A stretch of 64,000 nucleotides of DNA. Origin: Bacteroidales bacterium UBA1195. GTDB lineage: Bacteria > Bacteroidota > Bacteroidia > Bacteroidales > WCHB1-69. Location of the stretch: assembly GCA_002309855.1 (NCBI GenBank), contig DBYD01000035.1, forward strand, positions 9,054 through 73,053, given 5' to 3'. The translations under genes were made by a program, and so were the position numbers. The notes under the pieces are model-generated. The model worked only from the letters and a program-made list of their open reading frames with translations. It had not been told where the DNA came from and searched no databases. Positions 1 through 9,495 of this stretch are shown here, in pieces. Each line of letters starts with the position of its first letter. The stretch's first letter is position 1.

Positions 1-1
1 G

Positions 2-1105
2 GACCTTGCCGAACTCGGCGCCATCTCCGAGACCACATCGAAGAATCTGGAATATGCTGTCACCACGATTGAGAACGTTGTGGCAGGGGCGTCCACAGGA
101 GCGTCCGCAGGCGGCTGGATAGGCGCCATCGTCGGCGCGGTGGTCGGGCTCGGAACCTCGGTTTTGGAGATATTCACCAAGGAGAAGCAGCTGGAGAGAG
201 CTGCGGCGGAACAGGCGAAAAAGGATGTCGAGGACCTCAAAGGGCGCATCAAGGACCTGAAAAAGGAATTTGCCGACATTGACATCTTCGGCACCAAGAA
301 TATGGACTGGTCGAAGTTCGAGGATGAGTTCGGGAAAGCGGCGAAATATTACGAAGCAATTAGAGCAACAAAAGCCAAAATGGCAGCGGCCGCTGCATCT
401 TCAGACCATCGTACTAATATACAGGGAAGTTCATCCTTAAATTATTTCTATGAACAGGCAATAATGATGTTGGAGGAGGAGTTGGTCGAATCCACTAACA
501 AGGCCGCCGAGGCCATATCCGGGCTGTTCAACGGGATTGGCAGCGACATCCTGGACATGCTCAACGACACCTCGAAGGGGGCGGAGGAGCTGCTGGCCGA
601 CTTCACGGACAGCCTCGGCTCATACGTGAGGCAGTGGGTGTCGCAGATGATGTTCTTTGAATTGATTAAGCCTGAACTTGACCGGCTCGAAAGCGAGTTG
701 AAAGACTCCTTGAAGCAAGCCATATCGACCGGGGATATGTCCGTCTTCACGGACAAACTTACGGAGACATCGAACGAATTAGCCGGACTTGCCAAGGGAT
801 GGGTAAACATCCGTGACCTCGTTACGGAAAAGATGCAGCCGTTCTACGACCAGTTCGGGGGCTCGCCGGCATCCGGATCCGCATCCGGCATGACGGGGGC
901 GGTGTCCGGCATGAGCGCTGAGACGGCCAGCCTGCTTGCCGGACAGCTGACAGCCATGAGGCTGAACGCGGCCAATATAGACAGCGCGATGCAGCAGACG
1001 CTCTACCATGTGAGCAATATCCACACCAACACGGACAGGATGGCGGCGGACATTGCGGAGATCAAGAACGGGATTAAGTACAACCAAAGGACAAACGCAT
1101 ATTGA
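2..1105 (+). CDS. Phage tail tape measure protein, C-terminal part (ORF open to the window start)
   Basis: The frame is open from nt 2, so the listed GTG at 80 is not the true start. It has a Gly/Ala-rich hydrophobic segment (GGWIGAIVGAVVGLGT), then coiled-coil and Met/Ala/Ser-rich low-complexity sequence typical of TMPs. It sits directly upstream of Dit/Tal-like genes. The stop TGA lies 1 nt before the next ATG. Confidence 0.6.
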   Translation, partial: DLAELGAISETTSKNLEYAVTTIENVVAGASTGASAGGWIGAIVGAVVGLGTSVLEIFTKEKQLERAAAEQAKKDVEDLKGRIKDLKKEFADIDIFGTKNMDWSKFEDEFGKAAKYYEAIRATKAKMAAAAASSDHRTNIQGSSSLNYFYEQAIMMLEEELVESTNKAAEAISGLFNGIGSDILDMLNDTSKGAEELLADFTDSLGSYVRQWVSQMMFFELIKPELDRLESELKDSLKQAISTGDMSVFTDKLTETSNELAGLAKGWVNIRDLVTEKMQPFYDQFGGSPASGSASGMTGAVSGMSAETASLLAGQLTAMRLNAANIDSAMQQTLYHVSNIHTNTDRMAADIAEIKNGIKYNQRTNAY

Positions 1106-1106
1106 A

Positions 1107-1811
1107 ATGGGGCATGTGAAGTATTATGTCAACGGGGTTGATTTCGCCACCTACGGCGTATTTGTAAGCGCATCGGACGGGCTGCTTGGCGCACCGGCGA
1201 TGAAGTCTGCCTACACACAGGACTGGAACAACTATCACGGGGCGATACCCTATGCGGTGAAACGCTACTACAAGCCGCGCACAATCCGCCTGCAGTGCTT
1301 CATCCATGCCGCAACACGTCCGCAGTTCGTGGAGAGTGTGCAGACATTCATGCGTGTGTGGAACGCAAACAGGGCTTCGGGGCAGAGCCGCACCGACAGG
1401 CTGCTGGTGGACGTCACCCCGGCAACGGCGGAGCCGAACAAGCGGGTGCTGGCCTATGAGGTGTCCATGGACGCTGCGGCGGACATCAGCAAGCGGTGGC
1501 ATGAGGGGCGGAATGTCGGGACGTTCTCTCTCACGCTGACAGAGCATGAGCCGTGCAAGCGCATCCTCTGCCATAACATCGCTGACCCAACATCCGTAGC
1601 ATTATTTTCACTCACTACATCCAAACTCCTCAATATCTATTGGGGGGACGGCAAGGCGGATTTCGATGTCTCCGGTACCGTAACTAAGTCTCATACCTAT
1701 GATGCTGCAGGTGTCTATTACATTATTATTTGCGGCTGCATAGACGAGATAGGTGCCTTTTCTATCCTATCGAACGTAAGAACAACGACAAAATGGAACA
1801 GATTACCGTAA
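1107..1811 (+). CDS. Phage distal tail protein (Dit-like) with PKD-like C-terminal extension
   Basis: ATG at 1107 (MGHVKYYVNG...) directly follows the TMP stop. Size and position match a siphophage Dit. The C-terminus carries an HTYxxxGxY PKD-type motif (SHTYDAAGVYYIII). Confidence 0.5.
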   Translation: MGHVKYYVNGVDFATYGVFVSASDGLLGAPAMKSAYTQDWNNYHGAIPYAVKRYYKPRTIRLQCFIHAATRPQFVESVQTFMRVWNANRASGQSRTDRLLVDVTPATAEPNKRVLAYEVSMDAAADISKRWHEGRNVGTFSLTLTEHEPCKRILCHNIADPTSVALFSLTTSKLLNIYWGDGKADFDVSGTVTKSHTYDAAGVYYIIICGCIDEIGAFSILSNVRTTTKWNRLP

Positions 1812-4567
1812 CCCATCCGAACGGCACGCCCATTAACCTGTTCAGCGCGGAGTACATGCGTTATGTTAAGAGCTGCCGACACGTTGTCACCAACCAGGAG
1901 ACGGATGTGGTGGAAGTGACCGTCGATGCGGCGGCAAGGACGGAATTCCGCATTGGCGACACCATCACCATCGCGGGCAACATCTACCGCCTTAACACGC
2001 TGCCTGTTGTCGCCAAGGACGGCACAAGGGCGGACGCGCTGCTGGACTACAGGATGGAGTTCGAGAGCCGGAAGTACGACATGCGCTACGCGGCGTTCCT
2101 GCTACCTGAAGGCGGGCGTGCGGATGACTACACCGGCACGCTTGGTGACTGGTTGCGGCTGGTCGTGGCCAATGTGAATCGTCTGGCCGGGGAGTATGTT
2201 CCGGCGACTGACCAGTCATTCCTTGCCGGAACCGGCTACTATATGCTGTACCGGCATACGGACGACCTCACCTTCAAGGCGGGGACGACATACTACAGGG
2301 AGTTTGACGGCTTTTTGGGCAGGTCTTTCCTGCCCCTGACCGCCGGAACCGACTACAATATCGGGGACTATGTGCTGCTGTGGGAACAGAATCAGGGCAA
2401 CGACCCCGATTATGAGCCTGTGCGCGTAATGGAGGCCTCAACGGACTACCAGCTGGCGGAAGTCGGCAAAGACTACAAGCTTGGACTTGGCATCGGGGAG
2501 GGCAACTTCTATGTGCGTACCAATCCGTGGCGAACCGGTATCGTCCCTGCAGCAGCACTGAAAAGATACGTGACAAAGGACTATGCAGGCCAGAACTGTC
2601 TGGCGGTGCTGCAGGACCTGTGCAAGGAGTACGGCTACGAGTACAGGATAGCGGAGAGCGCGGGCGTGTTCACCGTCAACATCCTGACCCCATCCGCAGT
2701 TGACCTGTCACTCCGCTTCGGGCGGGGCGGCGGCCTGTACAGCATCACACGCGAGGCTATACCGGCCACCGACATAATCACGCGCCTTTACGCCTACGGG
2801 AGCACCGACAACCTCTACCCCTCCTACCGTTACGGACGATTGTGCCTCCCCGGAAAAAGCAAGGAGAATAGCTATATTGAAGGGAGCGGGCAGGTGGCGG
2901 AGTACGGCATGAAGGAAGGGGTTGTCACATACGATGAGATCAAGCCGGAGTTCAACAGCAGTGTCGGAGCCATAGTGGGTGGCGACCCGCTGTCGTTCAT
3001 CGACACTTCAATGTTCGACATCGGGGCTAAGTGGGCGGACACGCCGGCGGACTACGCCGAGTTCCTTGGGATGCGCGGCATGTCGGATTCTTCCGAGGCG
3101 AGGGCGGCCTTCAGCGCTGCCCGCGGCAGCAGCAAGTACATGGTTGCCGGCACTTCACCAAAAGTCCATTTCAACAGTGGGAACCTGGCCGGTTACGAGT
3201 TCGAGATAGCGTCCTTCAATGCGCTTTCAAGCCTGGTTACGCTTGTGCGTGACCAGGAGAGCGGATTTCCGCGCTCCGATGCCGGTCCTGGAGGAATGTT
3301 TGCTGCCGGCGACGAATACGTGCTGGTGGACATCTACCTTCCGGAATATTATATCAGGCAGGCGGAGCAGCGGCTGCTGCAGGCCGCCAACTCCGACTAC
3401 GCCAGGCTGGCATCACCGCTGGCGGTCTATACCATTAAGCTGACGCGCGGGTGGGTGCAGATGTATCACCACCAGGCGGCGGATATTGTGACAGCCGGCA
3501 ATTTTGTCAACCTGCTCGATGACGACACTGAAGCTGACGATGACATCAAGATACGGTCATACACGCGCAACTACCTAACCGAGGACGAATACGAGATCAC
3601 GCTATGCAATGAGCGTCGTGAGACCTACTGGGAGCGGTGGTGGCGCAGGGAGGGCAGGAACCTCACCGGCACGACCTCCGGGCAGCGTGTGGAAGGCGGA
3701 GCCACAACCGGTACGGTTGAATTCACAACCGATGCCGACAACGACAGGCTTGTTATCACCGGCGGGAAGGCAATCGTCATAAACGGCAAGGTGCTGACAG
3801 TCGAAGACGTCAACCTGCACTATGCGAACGACGGGGCGCACATTGTCTATTTGTTGCCCAATGGAGGCAGGGCGGGTATCAGGATGGTCCCGATTGGGGA
3901 TGCGCCGTCGGCGCTCCCAACCGTGTCGCCTGGGGCGATACCGCTGGGTGTTGTCAGCGCGGCTGACAGCAACGGGGTAAGGAAGGTCACACTGTCCGCA
4001 ATGCGCGGCAACACGCCTGCGGAAGATGTCACTGTACGCACCGCAGGCGGAACGAAGCGGGCGAATGCGCTGCTCCCGGCTGTGCGCACATACGATGGCA
4101 CACAGCCCGGCACCGAAGGTGTCATATATACTGGTGAGCATGACGGCAATGTCGCTTTGTGGGTGTGGAATGCCGCGAACGGCGCATACCTGCGTGTCGG
4201 CTCCCCCGTCCCCAAGCACATCACCGGCATCGCCTTCGGTAACGACATACCGCAGATCACCGCGGCGGGCAGCTACGACTATTCCGCTGCAGTAACGCCT
4301 GCCGACACCACTGACAGTTATACAATCGCCTATGACATCGAATCCACAACGGCGGACAGCCGGGAGGAATCCGGAAGTATGGTCTATCTGCACTATATGT
4401 CCGGAGAGACGGAGGTGGTGCTTAGTTTCAGCCGTTCCACCGGGGAGATGACGGTCCCAAGCGGGGGTGACGGCTACTACGACACTGTGACGGTGACGGC
4501 CACGGCGACTGTCGGCGGGGAGGCTGCGGCCACCGCCGAGCAGGTCACGGAAATAACGATTAATTAA
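1793..4567 (+). CDS. Phage tail-associated / baseplate hub protein (Tal-like), large minor structural protein with Ig-like C-terminus
   Basis: The in-frame ATG at 1793 (MEQITVTHPNG) overlaps the previous gene by 19 nt. It encodes about 924 aa in third position after the TMP. The C-terminal ~100 aa resemble a Big_2/Ig-like repeat (TVTVTATATVGG...). Confidence 0.5.
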   Translation: MEQITVTHPNGTPINLFSAEYMRYVKSCRHVVTNQETDVVEVTVDAAARTEFRIGDTITIAGNIYRLNTLPVVAKDGTRADALLDYRMEFESRKYDMRYAAFLLPEGGRADDYTGTLGDWLRLVVANVNRLAGEYVPATDQSFLAGTGYYMLYRHTDDLTFKAGTTYYREFDGFLGRSFLPLTAGTDYNIGDYVLLWEQNQGNDPDYEPVRVMEASTDYQLAEVGKDYKLGLGIGEGNFYVRTNPWRTGIVPAAALKRYVTKDYAGQNCLAVLQDLCKEYGYEYRIAESAGVFTVNILTPSAVDLSLRFGRGGGLYSITREAIPATDIITRLYAYGSTDNLYPSYRYGRLCLPGKSKENSYIEGSGQVAEYGMKEGVVTYDEIKPEFNSSVGAIVGGDPLSFIDTSMFDIGAKWADTPADYAEFLGMRGMSDSSEARAAFSAARGSSKYMVAGTSPKVHFNSGNLAGYEFEIASFNALSSLVTLVRDQESGFPRSDAGPGGMFAAGDEYVLVDIYLPEYYIRQAEQRLLQAANSDYARLASPLAVYTIKLTRGWVQMYHHQAADIVTAGNFVNLLDDDTEADDDIKIRSYTRNYLTEDEYEITLCNERRETYWERWWRREGRNLTGTTSGQRVEGGATTGTVEFTTDADNDRLVITGGKAIVINGKVLTVEDVNLHYANDGAHIVYLLPNGGRAGIRMVPIGDAPSALPTVSPGAIPLGVVSAADSNGVRKVTLSAMRGNTPAEDVTVRTAGGTKRANALLPAVRTYDGTQPGTEGVIYTGEHDGNVALWVWNAANGAYLRVGSPVPKHITGIAFGNDIPQITAAGSYDYSAAVTPADTTDSYTIAYDIESTTADSREESGSMVYLHYMSGETEVVLSFSRSTGEMTVPSGGDGYYDTVTVTATATVGGEAAATAEQVTEITIN

Positions 4568-4585
4568 CCTTTAAATATCATTGAA

Positions 4586-7500
4586 ATGGTTTTCTTTTAC
4601 GAATCAGACTTCACAATCACGGAGAAAATACAGGACGCGCAGGGTGTTGCGCTTGACCTCTCCACCATGGACTTTGACATTGTGTACTCCACAAACGGGT
4701 ACCGCACCTACACGGCATCAAAGCACGGCAGCACCTACACCAACTGCGTGCTTGACGCGGACGACCACAGCGTTTTGCGCATAACCCTTGACGCGCACGG
4801 CCTGCAGCCCGGTTTCCTTGTGCGCGAGATAACCTTCCACACGGCACCGCCGCAGGGCTTTGACGGGAACATACAGGACATTTCAAAAAAACAGTATGTT
4901 GTTGACATTGACACCGGACGCGTGGTGCTGGGCCGTAAGACCTCCCCTGCAGGTGCGGGGCAGGTGTACGAGATATACCATGTTGACTTCATCAAGGGGG
5001 ACTCCGCCTACCAGGTGGCCGTCGCCAACGGTTTCAACGGCACCGAGGAGGAGTGGCTTGTGTCGCTGGCAATGATGTTCAACCCCAGGGGCGCGTATGA
5101 CGCGGAAACGACATACGCCAAGTGGGACATGGTGAACAGCAGTGACAGCAGCTATGTCTCCATCGCCGACAATAACACGGGCAACGAACTTTCGGACACC
5201 ACGAAGTGGATGCCGCTTGCCAGCGGGGCGGCGGCCAGCGTATTTGCTGAAGCGGCATCTGAAGCGGAGTTGCAACGCCAACGGGCGGAGGCTGCACGTG
5301 ATGCGGCGGAACAGCGTCGTGAGGAAAAGGAGGCTGTAAGGGACGATAACGAGTATAACCCGACCACAGGGCGTGTGGCGAAGGAGGCCGCACGTGCTGC
5401 GGCGGAACAGCGGCGTGTAGAGGCAGACAACGAGCGTAAAACCGAATGGGGCAGCTCCGAAAGCGGCCTGAAGAAAGAGATCCTGGACAGCATCGCAGCC
5501 GCCAACGCGGCGGCAGCCAATGCCGGTTCCCTGCAGGCCAGCCTCGAAGGCGGGATTGTTATCCCCGCCATGGCGGAAGACCTCTCCTCTCCGGGGGACC
5601 GGGTGACAGTGCGGGACAAATTCATCGTGCGCACCACCGCCGGTGATGAGAGCATCGACAGCACCAAGGACGCGCTCCTGCTTGAGGTGGTGGGCGGATG
5701 CGGCAGCCTGGAGAATGAGGCCTTCAAGATTAACGCGCTGCGATGGAACAGGGCCAACGCCATCGACCCGTCCGCATGGGCGTCCGGCAAGACCGGCGGC
5801 TACATCACCGGTGCGGTGAGCGGCGGGGTGATCACCGACGGCAGCAACAAGCTCTGCATCGTCCACACCCCGAAATGTGAGGCCGGTGAATACGGCACGG
5901 CAGAAAAGAACAACGGCTGGCTGCTGACGGACAGGAATGGGAACAACCTGAAGGTCGGGGACGGCACTGTCGTCGGCGTGTGGTACTGCGCTGCGCTCCC
6001 CGCATCCGGTTCAGCGGTGACCGCCGTCACCGAGCACACCTTCACCGGGCACACGGAGCGCTTCTACCTCCCCGATGAGGGGTGGATGGTGGTCGAGCTG
6101 GCCTCCGGAGCGACGCTGGCGGACATCTGCTGCCATCTGGCATGGAGCTATGGCTATGACCAGTTTACTGCATACGCCGCGCCTGCGGAGCTCTCACTTG
6201 CAGTCTCCGCACTCACCAGCAAGTTCCAGACGGCAACGGTGAACGGGAAGACCTGCCTTGTGATGCGCGGCATCGAGCAGGGCGTCGGCGGCATCTTCGA
6301 CCGCGTGACCATCTACCCGGAAGGCGGCGGTACTTATGAGCGCAACATTGCCGCCCAATTGCTGACCGACCTGACATGGACTGAGACCGAGATAGAGGGT
6401 GAAGTCGTGGAGGGCGAAGGCGCGGCTGCAAGCGGCTACCGCTATACTGCCTCGCTGCCCACGAGCGGCACCTATGCCGCCCTGCGTGACGGTCTTATCC
6501 GTCCGGATGTGGACGGCATGACACTCAACGGCTACAAGCTCACATACGACAGCCCTGAACAGATTGATCCGGCCACAGCGTTTGCCGGCAAATATGTGGA
6601 CTACCAGATTGCCACCCCGGTGGCAGGCACCCACAGCATCAACCCTACCGGGAAGCTGCCCAACGACATGGGGACGGAGGAGGTCATCGGCGGAGATAAC
6701 GCCACCGGCACAATCGTGATCAGCTACATGCGCGGGTTCCGCGATACGATGCGTGCGCTGTACAACGACTTTAACCGTGCGAGCGCGGAACTCAAGGAGA
6801 TGGGCTACACCAAACCGCTCTACTGTGTCGGGGAATGGCTCGCCAATGCCAACACCGCAAGCCCGGCAGACCAGGACAACCCTGATGCGCTGGCCGTGTT
6901 CGGCAACCGTGAGTGGGCGCTTGACTGGAGGCCGTTCCTGGTTGACATGACTGCCGTGGAGGGCGAGACGAAGAAACACCCCGTGATGGAGCTGCGAAAG
7001 AACAACTGGCTCCGCGACATCTACGGCAACTGGGCTCCGGTGGTGGGCATCACCACCGCCATGCGTGACGAATGCATGGCCAACGCCCTCTACACCGATG
7101 CGGACTGTACCAGCCAATACTGCGCCGCCGGTGAATACGACCCGGAGGCTTTCCTGGCATTATGCCGGATTGAGCTTGTTAACGGGATGAAGGTGCTCAC
7201 CCACCCGACGCTCTACAAGTCCGCAGCCACCGAGGTCGGCCACTACCTTATGCCATGGGAGACTGTTGAGACCAAATATTCCATTTTTGTCGGCAGGAAG
7301 GATGAGGTGTATTTGCTTGACAACGTTGTCGGTGCAAGCGGCAAGGAGTGGAACGGCATCATCGGGGCGAACGCGAATGTGTGGGACGGTGTGGATGCCA
7401 GGACATACGCCCTGAAGCCCACCGGCATCTGTCCCAGCCCCGCAACCGCCATATCCGAGAATGACGTGGTTAAGATCCGCAGTTTCTTCTACAACTACCC

Positions 7501-8695
7501 CTCCTCGCTGACCGGCGTGAAGGGAAGGACCGGACTCGCCGGGACGATGTTTTACGGGGACGGCCACTACCCGACATCCGGATACAGCCAGATAACGACC
7601 AAAACAAATGCCCGAGCAAACAACCACGTTGCTACCGATCCTTTTCCTGTCGCTGAAGGCGGATGGCACGCCCGAAACACTTTCCTGCGCTGTATTGAGA
7701 CAGCCCTTGGCACCAAGAACCTCTGCTCCTCTGCCCGCTACAGCAGCGGCATCTCCGCCGTCGATGCGTGCGGCAACGAGGAACAATGGCTTGCAAGTGG
7801 CGGTGTCCGCATCAAGGCTACCGGCGACACAAACTGGACATACAAAGGCTGGGGTAATGAAGGCAAAATCTACTACAAGGACGGCAGTTCTTATAAGACC
7901 ACCAATATGGCGAACCTGCTCACGCAATATGCCCCGCACAGCAAGACGCTGGAGGCGCAGGTGGCGGTCAGCTTTGCGGTTGAGTTCGGTGTCGCCGCCG
8001 GTGAGCATTACATCTTCAACGGCTGCGAGTGGTGGTATGCCAACCCGACGACTTCCATATTCACACCACCGACCGTGGCTGAAGGATATATGAATGCACG
8101 TGTGTTCAAGGTTGTCACCGGCAGTGTCTCCGCCTACAGCGATACGGCGGGCACACCGGAGACCTTCACGGTCGAATGCTGCCTCCGCACCGGGCTGGCG
8201 CTCGGCTGCGACATGAGCGGCGACATCGGCCCGTGTTGGGGTGGCGGCTGCGAAATCGTGGGAGAGTGTGTCACAACCCCGGCCAGCGGAAGTTACGGAT
8301 ATACGCTGAAGGTGTATATTGAGCCTGACCAGATGAAATGGGTGAACGAGGGGAACACCAACGCCAATATCGGAACCAAGTTCCCGTCAGGGTTCGAGGA
8401 CAAATACCGCTACGTCGGCAGTGTTGTCACCCGCACGAGCAGCTATATACGCCGCAGGATTCCGAATACGCCGCTGCCGGTCAGCCAGGGCGCAACATAT
8501 AGCAAAGGCGAATGCGGCTACGGATATATGGCGAACTACTGGGGCAGCGCAGGAAAGAAAACCCGCGTGGGTGTCCGGGCAGGCAGCCACGCGAACAACA
8601 GTTCCCTGTCGGCGCGGTTTCTGAATGCGAACACCTCCGCAGGCAACACGTTCAGCTTCTCTTGCGGTTCTGCTCAAGTGCTTTTAGATGTGTGA
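4586..8695 (+). CDS. Phage tail fibre / receptor-binding protein (1369 aa) with a C-lectin/DGR-VR-like C-terminus
   Basis: It is the largest structural ORF and follows the Tal-like gene. It has an Ala/Glu/Arg coiled-coil with an internal duplication (EAARDAAEQRR / EAARAAAEQRR). The C-terminal RVGVRAGSHANNSSLSARFLNANTSAGNTFSFSCGSAQVLLDV resembles the Mtd-type variable region (..SRAANWNNGPSNSNANIGARGVC..). Confidence 0.6.
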   Translation: MVFFYESDFTITEKIQDAQGVALDLSTMDFDIVYSTNGYRTYTASKHGSTYTNCVLDADDHSVLRITLDAHGLQPGFLVREITFHTAPPQGFDGNIQDISKKQYVVDIDTGRVVLGRKTSPAGAGQVYEIYHVDFIKGDSAYQVAVANGFNGTEEEWLVSLAMMFNPRGAYDAETTYAKWDMVNSSDSSYVSIADNNTGNELSDTTKWMPLASGAAASVFAEAASEAELQRQRAEAARDAAEQRREEKEAVRDDNEYNPTTGRVAKEAARAAAEQRRVEADNERKTEWGSSESGLKKEILDSIAAANAAAANAGSLQASLEGGIVIPAMAEDLSSPGDRVTVRDKFIVRTTAGDESIDSTKDALLLEVVGGCGSLENEAFKINALRWNRANAIDPSAWASGKTGGYITGAVSGGVITDGSNKLCIVHTPKCEAGEYGTAEKNNGWLLTDRNGNNLKVGDGTVVGVWYCAALPASGSAVTAVTEHTFTGHTERFYLPDEGWMVVELASGATLADICCHLAWSYGYDQFTAYAAPAELSLAVSALTSKFQTATVNGKTCLVMRGIEQGVGGIFDRVTIYPEGGGTYERNIAAQLLTDLTWTETEIEGEVVEGEGAAASGYRYTASLPTSGTYAALRDGLIRPDVDGMTLNGYKLTYDSPEQIDPATAFAGKYVDYQIATPVAGTHSINPTGKLPNDMGTEEVIGGDNATGTIVISYMRGFRDTMRALYNDFNRASAELKEMGYTKPLYCVGEWLANANTASPADQDNPDALAVFGNREWALDWRPFLVDMTAVEGETKKHPVMELRKNNWLRDIYGNWAPVVGITTAMRDECMANALYTDADCTSQYCAAGEYDPEAFLALCRIELVNGMKVLTHPTLYKSAATEVGHYLMPWETVETKYSIFVGRKDEVYLLDNVVGASGKEWNGIIGANANVWDGVDARTYALKPTGICPSPATAISENDVVKIRSFFYNYPSSLTGVKGRTGLAGTMFYGDGHYPTSGYSQITTKTNARANNHVATDPFPVAEGGWHARNTFLRCIETALGTKNLCSSARYSSGISAVDACGNEEQWLASGGVRIKATGDTNWTYKGWGNEGKIYYKDGSSYKTTNMANLLTQYAPHSKTLEAQVAVSFAVEFGVAAGEHYIFNGCEWWYANPTTSIFTPPTVAEGYMNARVFKVVTGSVSAYSDTAGTPETFTVECCLRTGLALGCDMSGDIGPCWGGGCEIVGECVTTPASGSYGYTLKVYIEPDQMKWVNEGNTNANIGTKFPSGFEDKYRYVGSVVTRTSSYIRRRIPNTPLPVSQGATYSKGECGYGYMANYWGSAGKKTRVGVRAGSHANNSSLSARFLNANTSAGNTFSFSCGSAQVLLDV

Positions 8696-9387
8696 GCCAC
8701 ATTATTAAGCATGCACGCCCTGACTGTAGGGTTGTGTACAACGATTTCGACCATTTCTGCGAACGTCTGGCCAATGTCGGTCGCACCAATGAGATGCTCC
8801 ACGCGCTGCGCCCTATTGTCGCGGAAATCCCACACAAAATGCGCATTGTGGAGCCCGTGCGTTCCGCTGTTCTGGCGGAAGTGTTACGATGGCACAAGTC
8901 CGGCTTTGTGGACTGGATAACAATATCCAGCAACCTGTTGTTCGTTATGAACTACGTCGGCAGTTATGAGGAGTTCGCAAAAATGACATTCTACAACAGA
9001 GTCAGGGTTGTGGACTATGACGTGTCAGGCTATCTGGAAGGCGTCGAAATCGTTTCAATGGACTACAGACCGCTCTTTGATATGTTCAGGGAAAATGAGG
9101 ATGTTGTGTTCATACTTGACCCGCCATATCTGTCAACGGATTGCAGCACGTACAACAGCTCGGACTATTGGCGTTTGTCCGACTATCTGGACGTGCTGAA
9201 ATGTCTGCAGGGAACAAACTATGTCTATTATACCAGCAGCAAAAGTTCCATCGTTGAACTCGCGGAATTCATATCCAGAACTGACCTTCGCGACAACCCG
9301 TTCAAAGGAGCGACAATATACAAGCACCCTGTCAAAGGAATCGCTCTGAACTACGAAGACATGATGCTCGTGAAAACAGCCGCTTGA
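8692..9387 (+). CDS. T4-Dam-like N6-adenine DNA methyltransferase, N-terminally truncated (SAM motif I absent)
   Basis: It has a DPPY catalytic motif (VVFILDPPYLSTDCSTYNSSDYW) and an upstream VVYNDFDHFCERL block that matches the Dam region following motif I. No FxGxG motif is available in this frame after the fibre stop. Possible starts are GTG 8692 or the first ATG at 8794. GC content drops sharply at 8695. Confidence 0.5.
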   Translation: MSHIIKHARPDCRVVYNDFDHFCERLANVGRTNEMLHALRPIVAEIPHKMRIVEPVRSAVLAEVLRWHKSGFVDWITISSNLLFVMNYVGSYEEFAKMTFYNRVRVVDYDVSGYLEGVEIVSMDYRPLFDMFRENEDVVFILDPPYLSTDCSTYNSSDYWRLSDYLDVLKCLQGTNYVYYTSSKSSIVELAEFISRTDLRDNPFKGATIYKHPVKGIALNYEDMMLVKTAA

Positions 9388-9400
9388 TGTGAGAAAAAAA

Positions 9401-9431
9401 AAGAGCGTTGCTTGAACTTTGCAACGCTCTT
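9401..9431. terminator. Perfect 11-bp stem hairpin (AAGAGCGTTGC-N9-GCAACGCTCTT) flanked by an A-run
   Basis: Read directly from the sequence. It lies 14 nt after the methyltransferase stop. The A9 run on the 5' side would give a U-tract on the opposite strand, so it could act bidirectionally. Confidence 0.6.
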
Positions 9432-9457
9432 TAAAACTTCGCCAAAATCCGTTCACG

Positions 9458-9495
9458 AATGTACATTTCGTTTGAAATTAATGTACATTTCGTTT
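9458..9495. promoter_or_regulatory. Two exact 16-bp direct repeats AATGTACATTTCGTTT (22-bp period), each containing the palindrome TGTACA
   Basis: Copies are at 9458-9473 and 9480-9495, at the 5' edge of the HExxH ORF. This is a candidate operator. Confidence 0.4.

Noticed and set aside
3602-8008. Long antisense or alternative-frame ORFs inside the phage structural genes. Examples are 3602..4393(-), 4883..5866(-), 5152..5790(-), 6194..7117(-), 7160..8008(-) and 7608..8093(+).
   Set aside because: They are Arg/Ala/Gly/Pro-rich translations with no motifs and are fully nested in much longer coherent ORFs. This is an expected by-product of ~60 percent GC.
8512-8691. The upstream part of ORF 8512..9387 (MRLRIYGELLGQRRKENPRG...) as the true methyltransferase N-terminus.
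   Set aside because: It lies entirely inside the tail-fibre ORF in another frame. It has an Arg-rich composition typical of out-of-frame reading of high-GC coding DNA, and it has no SAM-binding motif.
8560-8800. A frameshifted full-length Dam. The fibre-frame peptide YWGSAGKK...FSFSCGSAQVLLDV superficially resembles the Dam YxGxK and FxGxG (F-CGSA-VLL) motifs. It could be joined by a frameshift at ~8690 to the downstream VVYND...DPPY frame.
   Set aside because: The frame is continuous with 1300+ upstream fibre codons without a stop. The motif-to-motif spacings are ~15-20 aa too long relative to T4 Dam. The same residues fit a DGR/C-lectin VR pattern at a protein C-terminus better. It is kept as an alternative that an HMM alignment could revive.
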